Assembly: GCA_964057225.1 (NCBI GenBank)
Contig: OZ059896.1
Coordinates: 2,170,001 to 2,234,000, forward strand
Direction: 5' to 3'
DNA: 64,000 bases
Origin: Auanema rhodensis
Lineage: Eukaryota > Animalia > Nematoda
Program-made: the position numbers and the translations under genes
Shown here: positions 11,584-26,324 of the stretch, one piece after another
How positions within the stretch are numbered: the first letter of the stretch is position 1
How the letters are laid out: every line of letters starts with the position of its first letter
The notes under the pieces: model-generated
Told to the model about the DNA's origin: nothing
Seen by the model: the letters and a program-made list of their open reading frames with translations, nothing else
Databases searched by the model: none

Positions 11584-14500
11584 ATATCAACTGATATAGG
11601 TTCACACTTATATCCTCGATTTTCACCGTGAAGAATTAATTTTTTTGTTGAATGACAATGTCCATCGTCTTTGTCTTGAAAAAAGGAATCTAAAAACATC
11701 TACTTTTTGTGAAATTATCTTGAAATTTTTCGGGAAAATTTTTGTCAAAATGTTTTTGGAAGCAATGTTGAGTGTACATGGAAACTCAACATACACTAAT
11801 GCATCATTTTTCAAACGATCATAACTAATTTTTGTATTGAGCGTTTCTCCATGTAGTATAGTGCATTCGATGTGGATTTTTAAGCTGCGTCGATCTGTGT
11901 TATCAGATTTGCGCTAGCTTGAAAATGCACCGAGATATCAACTGATATAGGTTCACACTTATATCCTCGATTTTCACCGTGAAGAATTAATTTTTTCGTT
12001 GAATAACAATGTCCATCGTCTTTGTCTTGGAAAAAGGAATCTAAAAACATCTACTTTTTGTAAATTTATTCTGAAATTTTTCGGGAAAATGTTTGTCAAA
12101 ATGTTTTTGGAAGCAATGTTGAGTGTACATGGAAACTCAACATACACTAATGCATCATTTTTCAAACAATCATAACTAATTTTTGTATTGAGCGTTTCTT
12201 AATGTAGTATAGTACATTCGATGCGGATTTTTAAGCTGCGTCGATCTGTGTTATCAGATTTGCGCTAGCTTGAAAATGCACCGAGATATCAACTGATATA
12301 GGTTCACACTTATATCCTCGATTTTCACCGTGAAGAATTAATTTTTTTGTTGAATGACAATGTCCATCGTCTTTGTCTTGAAAAAAGAAATCTAAAAACA
12401 TCTACTTTTTGTAAAATTATTTTGAAATTTTTCGGGAAAATTTTTGTCAAAATGTTTTTGGAAGCAATGTTGTGTGTACATGGAAACTCAACATACACTA
12501 ATGCATCATTTTTCAAACGATCATAACTAATTTTTGTATTGAGCGTTGCTTAATGTAGTATAGTGCATTCGATGCGGATTTTTAAGCTGCGTCGATCTGT
12601 GTTATCAGATTTGCGCTAGCTTGAAAATGCACCGAGATATCAACTGATATAGGTTCACACTTATATCCTCGATTTTCACCGTGAAGAATTAATTTTTTTG
12701 TTGAATAACAATGTCCATCGTCTTTGTCTTGAAAAAAGGAATCTAAAAACATCTACTTTTTGTGAAATTATTTTGAAATTTTTCGGGAAAATTTTTGTCA
12801 AAATGTTTTTGGAAGCAATGTTGAGTGTACATGGAAACTCAACATACACTAATGCATCATTTTTCAAACGATCATAACTAATTTTTGTATTGAGCGTTGC
12901 TTAATGTAGTATAGTGCATTCGATGCGGATTTTTAAGCTGCGTCGATCTGTGTTATCAGATTTGCGCTAGCTTAAAAATGCACCGAGATATCAACTGATA
13001 TAGGTTCACACTTATATCCTCGATTTTCACTGTGAAGAATTAATTTTTTTGTTGAATGACAATGTCCATCGTCTTTGTCTTGAAAAAAGAAATCTAAAAA
13101 CATCTACTTTTTGTAAAATTATAATGAAATTTTTCGGGAAAATTTTTGTCAAAATGTTTTTGGAAGCAATGTTGTGTATACATGGAAACTCAACATACAC
13201 TAATGCATCATTTTTCAAACGATCATAACTAATTTTTGTATTGAGCGTTTCTTAATGTAGTATAGTGCATTCGATGCGGATTTTTAAGCTGCGTCGATCT
13301 GTGTTATCAGATTTGCGCTAGCTTAAAAATGAACCGAGATATCAACTTATATAGGTTCACACTTATATCCTCGATTTTCACCGTGAAGAATTAATTTTTT
13401 TGTTGAATGACAATGTCCATCGTCTTTGTCTTGAAAAAAGGAATCTAAAAACATCTACTTTTTGTAAATTTATTCTGAAATTTTTCGGGAAAATGTTTGT
13501 CAAAATGTTTTTGGAAGCAATGTTGAGTGTACATGGAAACTCAACATACACTAATGCATCATTTTTCAAACAATCATAACTAATTTTTGTATTGAGCGTT
13601 TTTTAATGTAGTATAGTACATTCGATGCGGATTTTTAAGCTGCGTCGATCTGTGTTATCAGATTTGCGCTAGCTTAAAAATGAACCGAGATATCAACTGA
13701 TATAGGTTCACACTTATATCCTCGATTTTCACTGTGAAGAATTAATTTTTTTGTTGAATGACAATGTCCATCGTCTTTGTCTTGAAAAAAGAAATCTAAA
13801 AACATCTACTTTTTGTAAAATTATTTTGAAATTTTTCGGGAAAATTTTTGTCAAAATGTTTTTGGAAGCAATGTTGTGTGTACATGGAAACTCAACATAC
13901 ACTAATGCATCATTTTTCAAACGATCATAACTAATTTTTGTATTGAGCGTTTCTTAATGTAGTATAGTGCATTCGATGCGGATTTTTAAGCTGCGTCGAT
14001 CTGTGTTATCAGATTTGCGCTAGCTTAAAAATGAACCGAGATATCAACTTATATAGGTTCACACTTATATCCTCGATTTTCACCGTGAAGAATTAATTTT
14101 TTTGTTGAATGACAATGTCCATCGTCTTTGTCTTGAAAAAAGAAATCTAACAACATCTACTTTTTGTAAATTTATTCTGAAATTTTTCGGGAAAATGTTT
14201 GTCAAAATGTTTTTGGAAGCAATGTTGAGTGTACATGGAAACTCAACATACACTAATGCATCATTTTTCAAACAATCATAACTAATTTTTGTATTGAGCG
14301 TTTCTTAATGTAGTATAGTACATTCGATGCGGATTTTTAAGCTGCGTCGATCTGTGTTATCAGATTTGCGCTAGCTTAAAAATGAACCGAGATATCAACT
14401 GATATAGGTTCACACTTATATCCTCGATTTTCACCCTGAAGATTTAATTTTTTCGTTGAATAACATTGTCTATCGTCTTTGTCTTGAAAAAAGGAATCTA

Positions 14501-17500
14501 AAAACATCTACTTTTTGTGAAATTATCTTGAAATTTTTCGGGAAAATTTTTGTCAAAATGTTTTTGGAAGCATTGTTGAGTGTACATGGAAACTCAACAT
14601 ACACTAATGCATCATTTTTCAAACGATCATAACTAATTTTTGTATTGAGCGTTTCTCCATGTAGTATAGTGCATTCGATGCGGATTTTTAAGCTGCGTCG
14701 ATCTGTGTTATCAGATTTGCGCTAGCTTGAAAATGCACCGAGATATCAACTGATATAGGTTCACACTTATATCCTCGATTTTCACCGTGAAGAATTAATT
14801 TTTTTGTTGAATAACAATGTCCATCGTCTTTGTCTTGAAAAAAGGAATCTAAAAACATCTACTTTTTGTGAAATTATCTTGAAATTTTTCGGGAAAATTT
14901 TTGTCAAAATGTTTCTGGAAGCAATGTTGAGTGTACATGGAAACTCAACATACACTAATGCATCATTTTTCAAACGATCATAACTAATTTTTGTATTGAG
15001 CGTTTCTCCATGTAGTATAGTGCATTCGATGTGGATTTTTAAGCTGCGTCGATCTGTGTTATCAGATTTGCGCTAGCTTGAAAATGCACCGAGATATCAA
15101 CTGATATAGGTTCACACTTATATCCTCGATTTTCACCGTGAAGAATTAATTTTTTCGTTGAATAACAATGTCCATCGTCTTTGTCTTGGAAAAAGGAATC
15201 TAAAAACATCTACTTTTTGTAAAATTATTTTGAAATTTTTCGGGAAAATTTTTGTCAAAATGTTTTTGGAAGCAATGTTGTGTGTACATGGAAACTCAAC
15301 ATACACTAATGCATCATTTTTCAAACGATCATAACTAATTTTTGTATTGAGCGTTTCTTAATGTAGTATAGTGCATTCGATGCGGATTTTTAAGCTGCGT
15401 CGATCTGTGTTATCAGATTTGCGCTAGCTTAAAAATGAACCGAGATATCAACTGATATAGGTTCACACTTATATCCTCGATTTTCACCGTGAAGAATTAA
15501 TTTTTTTGTTGAATGACAATGTCCATCGTCTTTGTCTTGAAAAAAGGAATCTAAAAACATCTACTTTTTGTAAATTTATTCTGAAATTTTTCGGGAAAAT
15601 GTTTGTCAAAATGTTTTTGGAAGCAATGTTGAGTGTACATGGAAACTCAACATACACTAATGCATCATTTTTCAAACAATCATAACTAATTTTTGTATTG
15701 AGCGTTTCTTAATGTAGTATAGTACATTCGATGCGGATTTTTAAGCTGCGTCGATCTGTGTTATCAGATTTGCGCTAGCTTAAAAATGAACCGAGATATC
15801 AACTGATATAGGTTCACACTTATATCCTCGATTTTCACCCTGAAGATTTAATTTTTTCGTTGAATAACATTGTCCATCGTCTTTGTCTTGAAAAAAGGAA
15901 TCTAAAAACATCTACTTTTTGTGAAATTATTTTGAAATTTTTCGGGAAAATTTTTGTCAAAATGTTTTTGGAAGCAATGTTGAGTGTACATGGAAACTCA
16001 ACATACACTAATGCATCATTTTTCAAACAATCATAACTAATTTTTGTATTGAGCGTTTCTCCATGTAGTATAGTGCATTCGATGTGGATTTTTAAGCTGC
16101 GTCGATCTGTGTTATCAGATTTGCGCTAGCTTGAAAATGCACCGAGATATCAACTGATATAGGTTCACACTTATATCCTCGATTTTCACCGTGAAGAATT
16201 AATTTTTTTGTTGAATGACAATGTCCATCGTCTTTGTCTTGAAAAAAGAAATCTAACAACATCTACTTTTTGTAAATTTATTCTGAAATTTTTCGGGAAA
16301 ATGTTTGTCAAAATGTTTTTGGAAGCAATGTTGAGTGTACATGGAAACTCAACATACACTAATGCATCATTTTTCAAACAATCATAACTAATTTTTGTAT
16401 TGAGCGTTTCTTAATGTAGTATAGTACATTCGATGCGGATTTTTAAGCTGCGTCGATCTGTGTTATCAGATTTGCGCTAGCTTAAAAATGAACCGAGATA
16501 TCAACTGATATAGGTTCACACTTATATCCTCCATTTTCACCCTGAAGATTTAATTTTTTCGTTGAATAACATTGTCTATCGTCTTTGTCTTGAAAAAAGG
16601 AATCTAAAAACATCTACTTTTTGTGAAATTATCTTGAAATTTTTCGGGAAAATTTTTGTCAAAATGTTTTTGGAAGCATTGTTGAGTGTACATGGAAACT
16701 CAACATACACTAATGCATCATTTTTCAAACGATCATAACTAATTTTTGTATTGAGCGTTTCTCCATGTAGTATAGTGCATTCGATGCGGATTTTTAAGCT
16801 GCGTCGATCTGTGTTATCAGATTTGCGCTAGCTTGAAAATGCACCGAGATATCAACTGATATAGGTTCACACTTATATCCTCGATTTTCACCGTGAAGAA
16901 TTAATTTTTTTGTTGAATAACAATGTCCATCGTCTTTGTCTTGAAAAAAGGAATCTAAAAACATCTACTTTTTGTGAAATTATCTTGAAATTTTTCGGGA
17001 AAATTTTTGTCAAAATGTTTCTGGAAGCAATGTTGAGTGTACATGGAAACTCAACATACACTAATGCATCATTTTTCAAACGATCATAACTAATTTTTGT
17101 ATTGAGCGTTTCTTAATGTAGTATAGTGCATTCGATGCGGATTTTTAAGCTGCGTCGATCTGTGTTATCAGATTTGCGCTAGCTTAAAAATGAACCGAGA
17201 TATCAACTGATATAGGTTCACACTTATATCCTCGATTTTCACCGTGAAGAATTAATTTTTTTGTTGAATGACAATGTCCATCGTCTTTGTCTTGAAAAAA
17301 GGAATCTAAAAACATCTACTTTTTGTAAATTTATTCTGAAATTTTTCGGGAAAATGTTTGTCAAAATGTTTTTGGAAGCAATGTTGAGTGTACATGGAAA
17401 CTCAACATACACTAATGCATCATTTTTCAAACAATCATAACTAATTTTTGTATTGAGCGTTTCTTAATGTAGTATAGTACATTCGATGCGGATTTTTAAG

Positions 17501-20500
17501 CTGCGTCGATCTGTGTTATCAGATTTGCGCTAGCTTAAAAATGAACCGAGATATCAACTGATATAGGTTCACACTTATATCCTCGATTTTCACCCTGAAG
17601 ATTTAATTTTTTCGTTGAATAACATTGTCCATCGTCTTTGTCTTGAAAAAAGGAATCTAAAAACATCTACTTTTTGTGAAATTATTTTGAAATTTTTCGG
17701 GAAAATTTTTGTCAAAATGTTTTTGGAAGCAATGTTGAGTGTACATGGAAACTCAACATACACTAATGCATCATTTTTCAAACAATCATAACTAATTTTT
17801 GTATTGAGCGTTGCTTAATGTAGTATAGTGCATTCGATGCGGATTTTTAAGCTGCGTCGATCTGTGTTATCAGATTTGCGCTAGCTTAAAAATGCACCGA
17901 GATATCAACTGATATAGGTTCACACTTATATCCTCGATTTTCACCGTGAAGAATTAATTTTTTTGTTGAATGACAATGTCCATCGTCTTTGTCTTGAAAA
18001 AAGGAATCTAAAAACATCTACTTTTTGTGAAATTATCTTGAAATTTTTCGGGAAAATTTTTGTCAAAATGTTTTTGGAAGCAATGTTGAGTGTACATGGA
18101 AACTCAACATACACTAATGCATCATTTTTCAAACGATCATAACTAATTTTTGTATTGAGCGTTTCTCCATGTAGTATAGTGCATTCGATGTGGATTTTTA
18201 AGCTGCGTCGATCTGTGTTATCAGATTTGCGCTAGCTTGAAAATGCACCGAGATATCAACTGATATAGGTTCACACTTATATCCTCGATTTTCACCGTGA
18301 AGAATTAATTTTTTCGTTGAATAACAATGTCCATCGTCTTTGTCTTGGAAAAAGGAATCTAAAAACATCTACTTTTTGTAAATTTATTCTGAAATTTTTC
18401 GGGAAAATGTTTGTCAAAATGTTTTTGGAAGCAATGTTGAGTGTACATGGAAACTCAACATACACTAATGCATCATTTTTCAAACGATCATAACTAATTT
18501 TTGTATTGAGCGTTGCTTAATGTAGTATAGTGCATTCGATGCGGATTTTTAAGCTGCGTCGATCTGTGTTATCAGATTTGCGCTAGCTTAAAAATGCACC
18601 GAGATATCAACTGATATAGGTTCACACTTATATCCTCGATTTTCACCGTGAAGAATTAATTTTTTTGTTGAATGACAATGTCCATCGTCTTTGTCTTGAA
18701 AAAAGAAATCTAAAAACATCTACTTTTTGTAAAATTATTTTGAAATTTTTCGGGAAAATTTTTGTCAAAATGTTTTTGGAAGCAATGTTGTGTGTACATG
18801 GAAACTCAACATACACTAATGCATCATTTTTCAAACGATCATAACTAATTTTTGTATTGAGCGTTGCTTAATGTAGTATAGTGCATTCGATGCGGATTTT
18901 TAAGCTGCGTCGATCTGTGTTATCAGATTTGCGCTAGCTTGAAAATGCACCGAGATATCAACTGATATAGGTTCACACTTATATCCTCGATTTTCACCGT
19001 GAAGAATTAATTTTTTTGTTGAATAACAATGTCCATCGTCTTTGTCTTGAAAAAAGGAATCTAAAAACATCTACTTTTTGTGAAATTATTTTGAAATTTT
19101 TCGGGAAAATTTTTGTCAAAATGTTTTTGGAAGCAATGTTGAGTGTACATGGAAACTCAACATACACTAATGCATCATTTTTCAAACGATCATAACTAAT
19201 TTTTGTATTGAGCGTTGCTTAATGTAGTATAGTGCATTCGATGCGGATTTTTAAGCTGCGTCGATCTGTGTTATCAGATTTGCGCTAGCTTAAAAATGCA
19301 CCGAGATATCAACTGATATAGGTTCACACTTATATCCTCGATTTTCACTGTGAAGAATTAATTTTTTTGTTGAATGACAATGTCCATCGTCTTTGTCTTG
19401 AAAAAAGAAATCTAAAAACATCTACTTTTTGTAAAATTATAATGAAATTTTTCGGGAAAATTTTTGTCAAAATGTTTTTGGAAGCAATGTTGTGTATACA
19501 TGGAAACTCAACATACACTAATGCATCATTTTTCAAACGATCATAACTAATTTTTGTATTGAGCGTTTTTTAATGTAGTATAGTGCATTCGATGCGGATT
19601 TTTAAGCTGCGTCGATCTGTGTTATCAGATTTGCGCTAGCTTAAAAATGAACCGAGATATCAACTTATATAGGTTCACACTTATATCCTCGATTTTCACC
19701 GTGAAGAATTAATTTTTTTGTTGAATGACAATGTCCATCGTCTTTGTCTTGAAAAAAGGAATCTAAAAACATCTACTTTTTGTAAATTTATTCTGAAATT
19801 TTTCGGGAAAATGTTTGTCAAAATGTTTTTGGAAGCAATGTTGAGTGTACATGGAAACTCAACATACACTAATGCATCATTTTTCAAACAATCATAACTA
19901 ATTTTTGTATTGAGCGTTTTTTAATGTAGTATAGTACATTCGATGCGGATTTTTAAGCTGCGTCGATCTGTGTTATCAGATTTGCGCTAGCTTAAAAATG
20001 AACCGAGATATCAACTGATATAGGTTCACACTTATATCCTCGATTTTCACTGTGAAGAATTAATTTTTTTGTTGAATGACAATGTCCATCGTCTTTGTCT
20101 TGAAAAAAGAAATCTAAAAACATCTACTTTTTGTAAAATTATTTTGAAATTTTTCGGGAAAATTTTTGTCAAAATGTTTTTGGAAGCAATGTTGTGTGTA
20201 CATGGAAACTCAACATACACTAATGCATCATTTTTCAAACGATCATAACTAATTTTTGTATTGAGCGTTTCTTAATGTAGTATAGTGCATTCGATGCGGA
20301 TTTTTAAGCTGCGTCGATCTGTGTTATCAGATTTGCGCTAGCTTAAAAATGAACCGAGATATCAACTTATATAGGTTCACACTTATATCCTCGATTTTCA
20401 CCGTGAAGAATTAATTTTTTTGTTGAATGACAATGTCCATCGTCTTTGTCTTGAAAAAAGAAATCTAACAACATCTACTTTTTGTAAATTTATTCTGAAA

Positions 20501-22113
20501 TTTTTCGGGAAAATGTTTGTCAAAATGTTTTTGGAAGCAATGTTGAGTGTACATGGAAACTCAACATACACTAATGCATCATTTTTCAAACAATCATAAC
20601 TAATTTTTGTATTGAGCGTTTCTTAATGTAGTATAGTACATTCGATGCGGATTTTTAAGCTGCGTCGATCTGTGTTATCAGATTTGCGCTAGCTTAAAAA
20701 TGAACCGAGATATCAACTGATATAGGTTCACACTTATATCCTCGATTTTCACCCTGAAGATTTAATTTTTTCGTTGAATAACATTGTCTATCGTCTTTGT
20801 CTTGAAAAAAGGAATCTAAAAACATCTACTTTTTGTGAAATTATCTTGAAATTTTTCGGGAAAATTTTTGTCAAAATGTTCTTGGAAGCATTGTTGAGTG
20901 TACATGGAAACTCAACATACACTAATGCATCATTTTTCAAACGATCATAACTAATTTTTGTATTGAGCGTTTCTCCATGTAGTATAGTGCATTCGATGCG
21001 GATTTTTAAGCTGCGTCGATCTGTGTTATCAGATTTGCGCTAGCTTGAAAATGCACCGAGATATCAACTGATATAGGTTCACACTTATATCCTCGATTTT
21101 CACCGTGAAGAATTAATTTTTTTGTTGAATAACAATGTCCATCGTCTTTGTCTTGAAAAAAGGAATCTAAAAACATCTACTTTTTGTGAAATTATCTTGA
21201 AATTTTTCGGGAAAATTTTTGTCAAAATGTTTCTGGAAGCAATGTTGAGTGTACATGGAAACTCAACATACACTAATGCATCATTTTTCAAACGATCATA
21301 ACTAATTTTTGTATTGAGCGTTTCTCCATGTAGTATAGTGCATTCGATGTGGATTTTTAAGCTGCGTCGATCTGTGTTATCAGATTTGCGCTAGCTTGAA
21401 AATGCACCGAGATATCAACTGATATAGGTTCACACTTATATCCTCGATTTTCACCGTGAAGAATTAATTTTTTCGTTGAATAACAATGTCCATCGTCTTT
21501 GTCTTGGAAAAAGGAATCTAAAAACATCTACTTTTTGTAAAATTATTTTGAAATTTTTCGGGAAAATTTTTGTCAAAATGTTTTTGGAAGCAATGTTGTG
21601 TGTACATGGAAACTCAACATACACTAATGCATCATTTTTCAAACGATCATAACTAATTTTTGTATTGAGCGTTTCTTAATGTAGTATAGTGCATTCGATG
21701 CGGATTTTTAAGCTGCGTCGATCTGTGTTATCAGATTTGCGCTAGCTTAAAAATGAACCGAGATATCAACTGATATAGGTTCACACTTATATCCTCGATT
21801 TTCACCGTGAAGAATTAATTTTTTTGTTGAATGACAATGTCCATCGTCTTTGTCTTGAAAAAAGGAATCTAAAAACATCTACTTTTTGTAAATTTATTCT
21901 GAAATTTTTCGGGAAAATGTTTGTCAAAATGTTTTTGGAAGCAATGTTGAGTGTACATGGAAACTCAACATACACTAATGCATCATTTTTCAAACAATCA
22001 TAACTAATTTTTGTATTGAGCGTTTCTTAATGTAGTATAGTACATTCGATGCGGATTTTTAAGCTGCGTCGATCTGTGTTATCAGATTTGCGCTAGCTTA
22101 AAAATGAACCGAG
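11584..22113. repeat. 12-monomer block (11584-15795) duplicated at 17902-22113, offset 18 monomers (6318 bp)
   Basis: Same order of 12 haplotypes in copies 34-45 and 52-63, including the private ATAATGAA/GTGTATACA variant found only in copies 38 and 56. Confidence 0.88.
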
Positions 22114-25100
22114 ATATCAACTGATATAGGTTCACACTTATATCCTCGATTTTCACCCTGAAGATTTAATTTTTTCGTTGAATAACATTGTCCATCGTCT
22201 TTGTCTTGAAAAAAGGAATCTAAAAACATCTACTTTTTGTGAAATTATTTTGAAATTTTTCGGGAAAATTTTTGTCAAAATGTTTTTGGAAGCATTGTTG
22301 AGTGTACATGGAAACTCAACATACACTAATGCATCATTTTTCAAACGATCATAACTAATTTTTGTATTGAGCGTTTCTTAATGTAGTATAGTGCATTCGA
22401 TGCGGATTTTTAAGCTGCGTCGATCTGTGTTATCAGATTTGCGCTAGCTTAAAAATGCACCGAGATATCAACTGATATAGGTTCACACTTATATCCTCGA
22501 TTTTCACCGTGAAGAATTAATTTTTTTGTTGAATGACAATGTCCATCGTCTTTGTCTTGAAAAAAGAAATCTAAAAACATCTACTTTTTGTAAAATTATT
22601 TTGAAATTTTTCGGGAAAATTTTTGTCAAAATGTTTTTGGAAGCAATGTTGTGTGTACATGGAAACTCAACATACACTAATGCATCATTTTTCAAACGAT
22701 CATAACTAATTTTTGTATTGAGCGTTTCTTAATGTAGTATAGTGCATTCGATGCGGATTTTTAAGCTGCGTCGATCTGTGTTATCAGATTTGCGCTAGCT
22801 TAAAAATGAACCGAGATATCAACTGATATAGGTTCACACTTATATCCTCGATTTTCACCGTGAAGAATTAATTTTTTTGTTGAATGACAATGTCCATCGT
22901 CTTTGTCTTGAAAAAAGGAATCTAAAAACATCTACTTTTTGTAAATTTATTCTGAAATTTTTCGGGAAAATGTTTGTCAAAATGTTTTTGGAAGCAATGT
23001 TGAGTGTACATGGAAACTCAACATACACTAATGCATCATTTTTCAAACAATCATAACTAATTTTTGTATTGAGCGTTTTTTAATGTAGTATAGTACATTC
23101 GATGCGGATTTTTAAGCTGCGTCGATCTGTGTTATCAGATTTGCGCTAGCTTAAAAATGAACCGAGATATCAACTGATATAGGTTCACACTTATATCCTC
23201 GATTTTCACTGTGAAGAATTAATTTTTTTGTTGAATGACAATGTCCATCGTCTTTGTCTTGAAAAAAGAAATCTAAAAACATCTACTTTTTGTAAAATTA
23301 TTCTGAAATTTTTCGGGAAAATTTTTGTCAAAATGTTTTTGGAAGCAATGTTGTGTGTACATGGAAACTCAACATACACTAATGCATCATTTTTCAAACG
23401 ATCATAACTAATTTTTGTATTGAGCGTTTCTTAATGTAGTATAGTGCATTCGATGCGGATTTTTAAGCTGCGTCGATCTGTGTTATCAGATTTGCGCTAG
23501 CTTAAAAATGAACCGAGATATCAACTTATATAGGTTCACACTTATATCCTCGATTTTCACCGTGAAGAATTAATTTTTTTGTTGAATGACAATGTCCATC
23601 GTCTTTGTCTTGAAAAAAGAAATCTAACAACATCTACTTTTTGTAAATTTATTCTGAAATTTTTCGGGAAAATGTTTGTCAAAATGTTTTTGGAAGCAAT
23701 GTTGAGTGTACATGGAAACTCAACATACACTAATGCATCATTTTTCAAACAATCATAACTAATTTTTGTATTGAGCGTTTCTTAATGTAGTATAGTACAT
23801 TCGATGCGGATTTTTAAGCTGCGTCGATCTGTGTTATCAGATTTGCGCTAGCTTAAAAATGAACCGAGATATCAACTGATATAGGTTCACACTTATATCC
23901 TCGATTTTCACCCTGAAGATTTAATTTTTTCGTTGAATAACATTGTCTATCGTCTTTGTCTTGAAAAAAGGAATCTAAAAACATCTACTTTTTGTGAAAT
24001 TATCTTGAAATTTTTCGGGAAAATTTTTGTCAAAATGTTTTTGGAAGCATTGTTGAGTGTACATGGAAACTCAACATACACTAATGCATCATTTTTCAAA
24101 CGATCATAACTAATTTTTGTATTGAGCGTTTCTCCATGTAGTATAGTGCATTCGATGCGGATTTTTAAGCTGCGTCGATCTGTGTTATCAGATTTGCGCT
24201 AGCTTGAAAATGCACCGAGATATCAACTGATATAGGTTCACACTTATATCCTCGATTTTCACCGTGAAGAATTAATTTTTTTTTGAATAACAATGTCCAT
24301 CGTCTTTGTCTTGAAAAAAGGAATCTAAAAACATCTACTTTTTGTGAAATTATCTTGAAATTTTTCGGGAAAATTTTTGTCAAAATGTTTCTGGAAGCAA
24401 TGTTGAGTGTACATGGAAACTCAACATACACTAATGCATCATTTTTCAAACGATCATAACTAATTTTTGTATTGAGCGTTTCTCCATGTAGTATAGTGCA
24501 TTCGATGTGGATTTTTAAGCTGCGTCGATCTGTGTTATCAGATTTGCGCTAGCTTGAAAATGCACCGAGATATCAACTGATATAGGTTCACACTTATATC
24601 CTCGATTTTCACCGTGAAGAATTAATTTTTTCGTTGAATAACAATGTCCATCGTCTTTGTCTTGGAAAAAGGAATCTAAAAACATCTACTTTTTGTAAAA
24701 TTATTTTGAAATTTTTCGGGAAAATTTTTGTCAAAATGTTTTTGGAAGCAATGTTGTGTGTACATGGAAACTCAACATACACTAATGCATCATTTTTCAA
24801 ACGATCATAACTAATTTTTGTATTGAGCGTTTCTTAATGTAGTATAGTGCATTCGATGCGGATTTTTAAGCTGCGTCGATCTGTGTTATCAGATTTGCGC
24901 TAGCTTAAAAATGAACCGAGATATCAACTGATATAGGTTCACACTTATATCCTCGATTTTCACCGTGAAGAATTAATTTTTTTGTTGAATGACAATGTCC
25001 ATCGTCTTTGTCTTGAAAAAAGGAATCTAAAAACATCTACTTTTTGTAAATTTATTCTGAAATTTTTCGGGAAAATGTTTGTCAAAATGTTTTTGGAAGC

Positions 25101-26324
25101 AATGTTGAGTGTACATGGAAACTCAACATACACTAATGCATCATTTTTCAAACAATCATAACTAATTTTTGTATTGAGCGTTTCTTAATGTAGTATAGTA
25201 CATTCGATGCGGATTTTTAAGCTGCGTCGATCTGTGTTATCAGATTTGCGCTAGCTTAAAAATGAACCGAGATATCAACTGATATAGGTTCACACTTATA
25301 TCCTCGATTTTCACCCTGAAGATTTAATTTTTTCGTTGAATAACATTGTCCATCGTCTTTGTCTTGAAAAAAGGAATCTAAAAACATCTACTTTTTGTGA
25401 AATTATTTTGAAATTTTTCGGGAAAATTTTTGTCAAAATGTTTTTGGAAGCATTGTTGAGTGTACATGGAAACTCAACATACACTAATGCATCATTTTTC
25501 AAACGATCATAACTAATTTTTGTATTGAGCGTTTCTTAATGTAGTATAGTGCATTCGATGCGGATTTTTAAGCTGCGTCGATCTGTGTTATCAGATTTGC
25601 GCTAGCTTAAAAATGCACCGAGATATCAACTGATATAGGTTCACACTTATATCCTCGATTTTCACCGTGAAGAATTAATTTTTTTGTTGAATGACAATGT
25701 CCATCGTCTTTGTCTTGAAAAAAGAAATCTAAAAACATCTACTTTTTGTAAAATTATTTTGAAATTTTTCGGGAAAATTTTTGTCAAAATGTTTTTGGAA
25801 GCAATGTTGTGTGTACATGGAAACTCAACATACACTAATGCATCATTTTTCAAACGATCATAACTAATTTTTGTATTGAGCGTTTCTTAATGTAGTATAG
25901 TGCATTCGATGCGGATTTTTAAGCTGCGTCGATCTGTGTTATCAGATTTGCGCTAGCTTAAAAATGAACCGAGATATCAACTGATATAGGTTCACACTTA
26001 TATCCTCGATTTTCACCGTGAAGAATTAATTTTTTTGTTGAATGACAATGTCCATCGTCTTTGTCTTGAAAAAAGGAATCTAAAAACATCTACTTTTTGT
26101 AAATTTATTCTGAAATTTTTCGGGAAAATGTTTGTCAAAATGTTTTTGGAAGCAATGTTGAGTGTACATGGAAACTCAACATACACTAATGCATCATTTT
26201 TCAAACAATCATAACTAATTTTTGTATTGAGCGTTTCTTAATGTAGTATAGTACATTCGATGCGGATTTTTAAGCTGCGTCGATCTGTGTTATCAGATTT
26301 GAGCTAGCTTAAAAATGAACCGAG
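19657..26324. repeat. Tandem duplication of a 9-mer (3159 bp): copies 57-65 and 66-74, plus copy 75
   Basis: Same haplotype order repeated. The TGTCTATCG marker is at 20789 and 23948, 3159 bp apart. Confidence 0.88.
24276..24284. other. Only length variant in the window: 1-bp (G) deletion in copy 70
   Basis: AATTTTTTTTTGAAT instead of AATTTTTTTGTTGAAT. All downstream coordinates shift by -1, and it creates the frameshifted 94-aa ORF. Confidence 0.9.

Noticed and set aside
24165-24449. 94-aa extended ORF
   Set aside because: It results from the single 1-bp deletion in copy 70.
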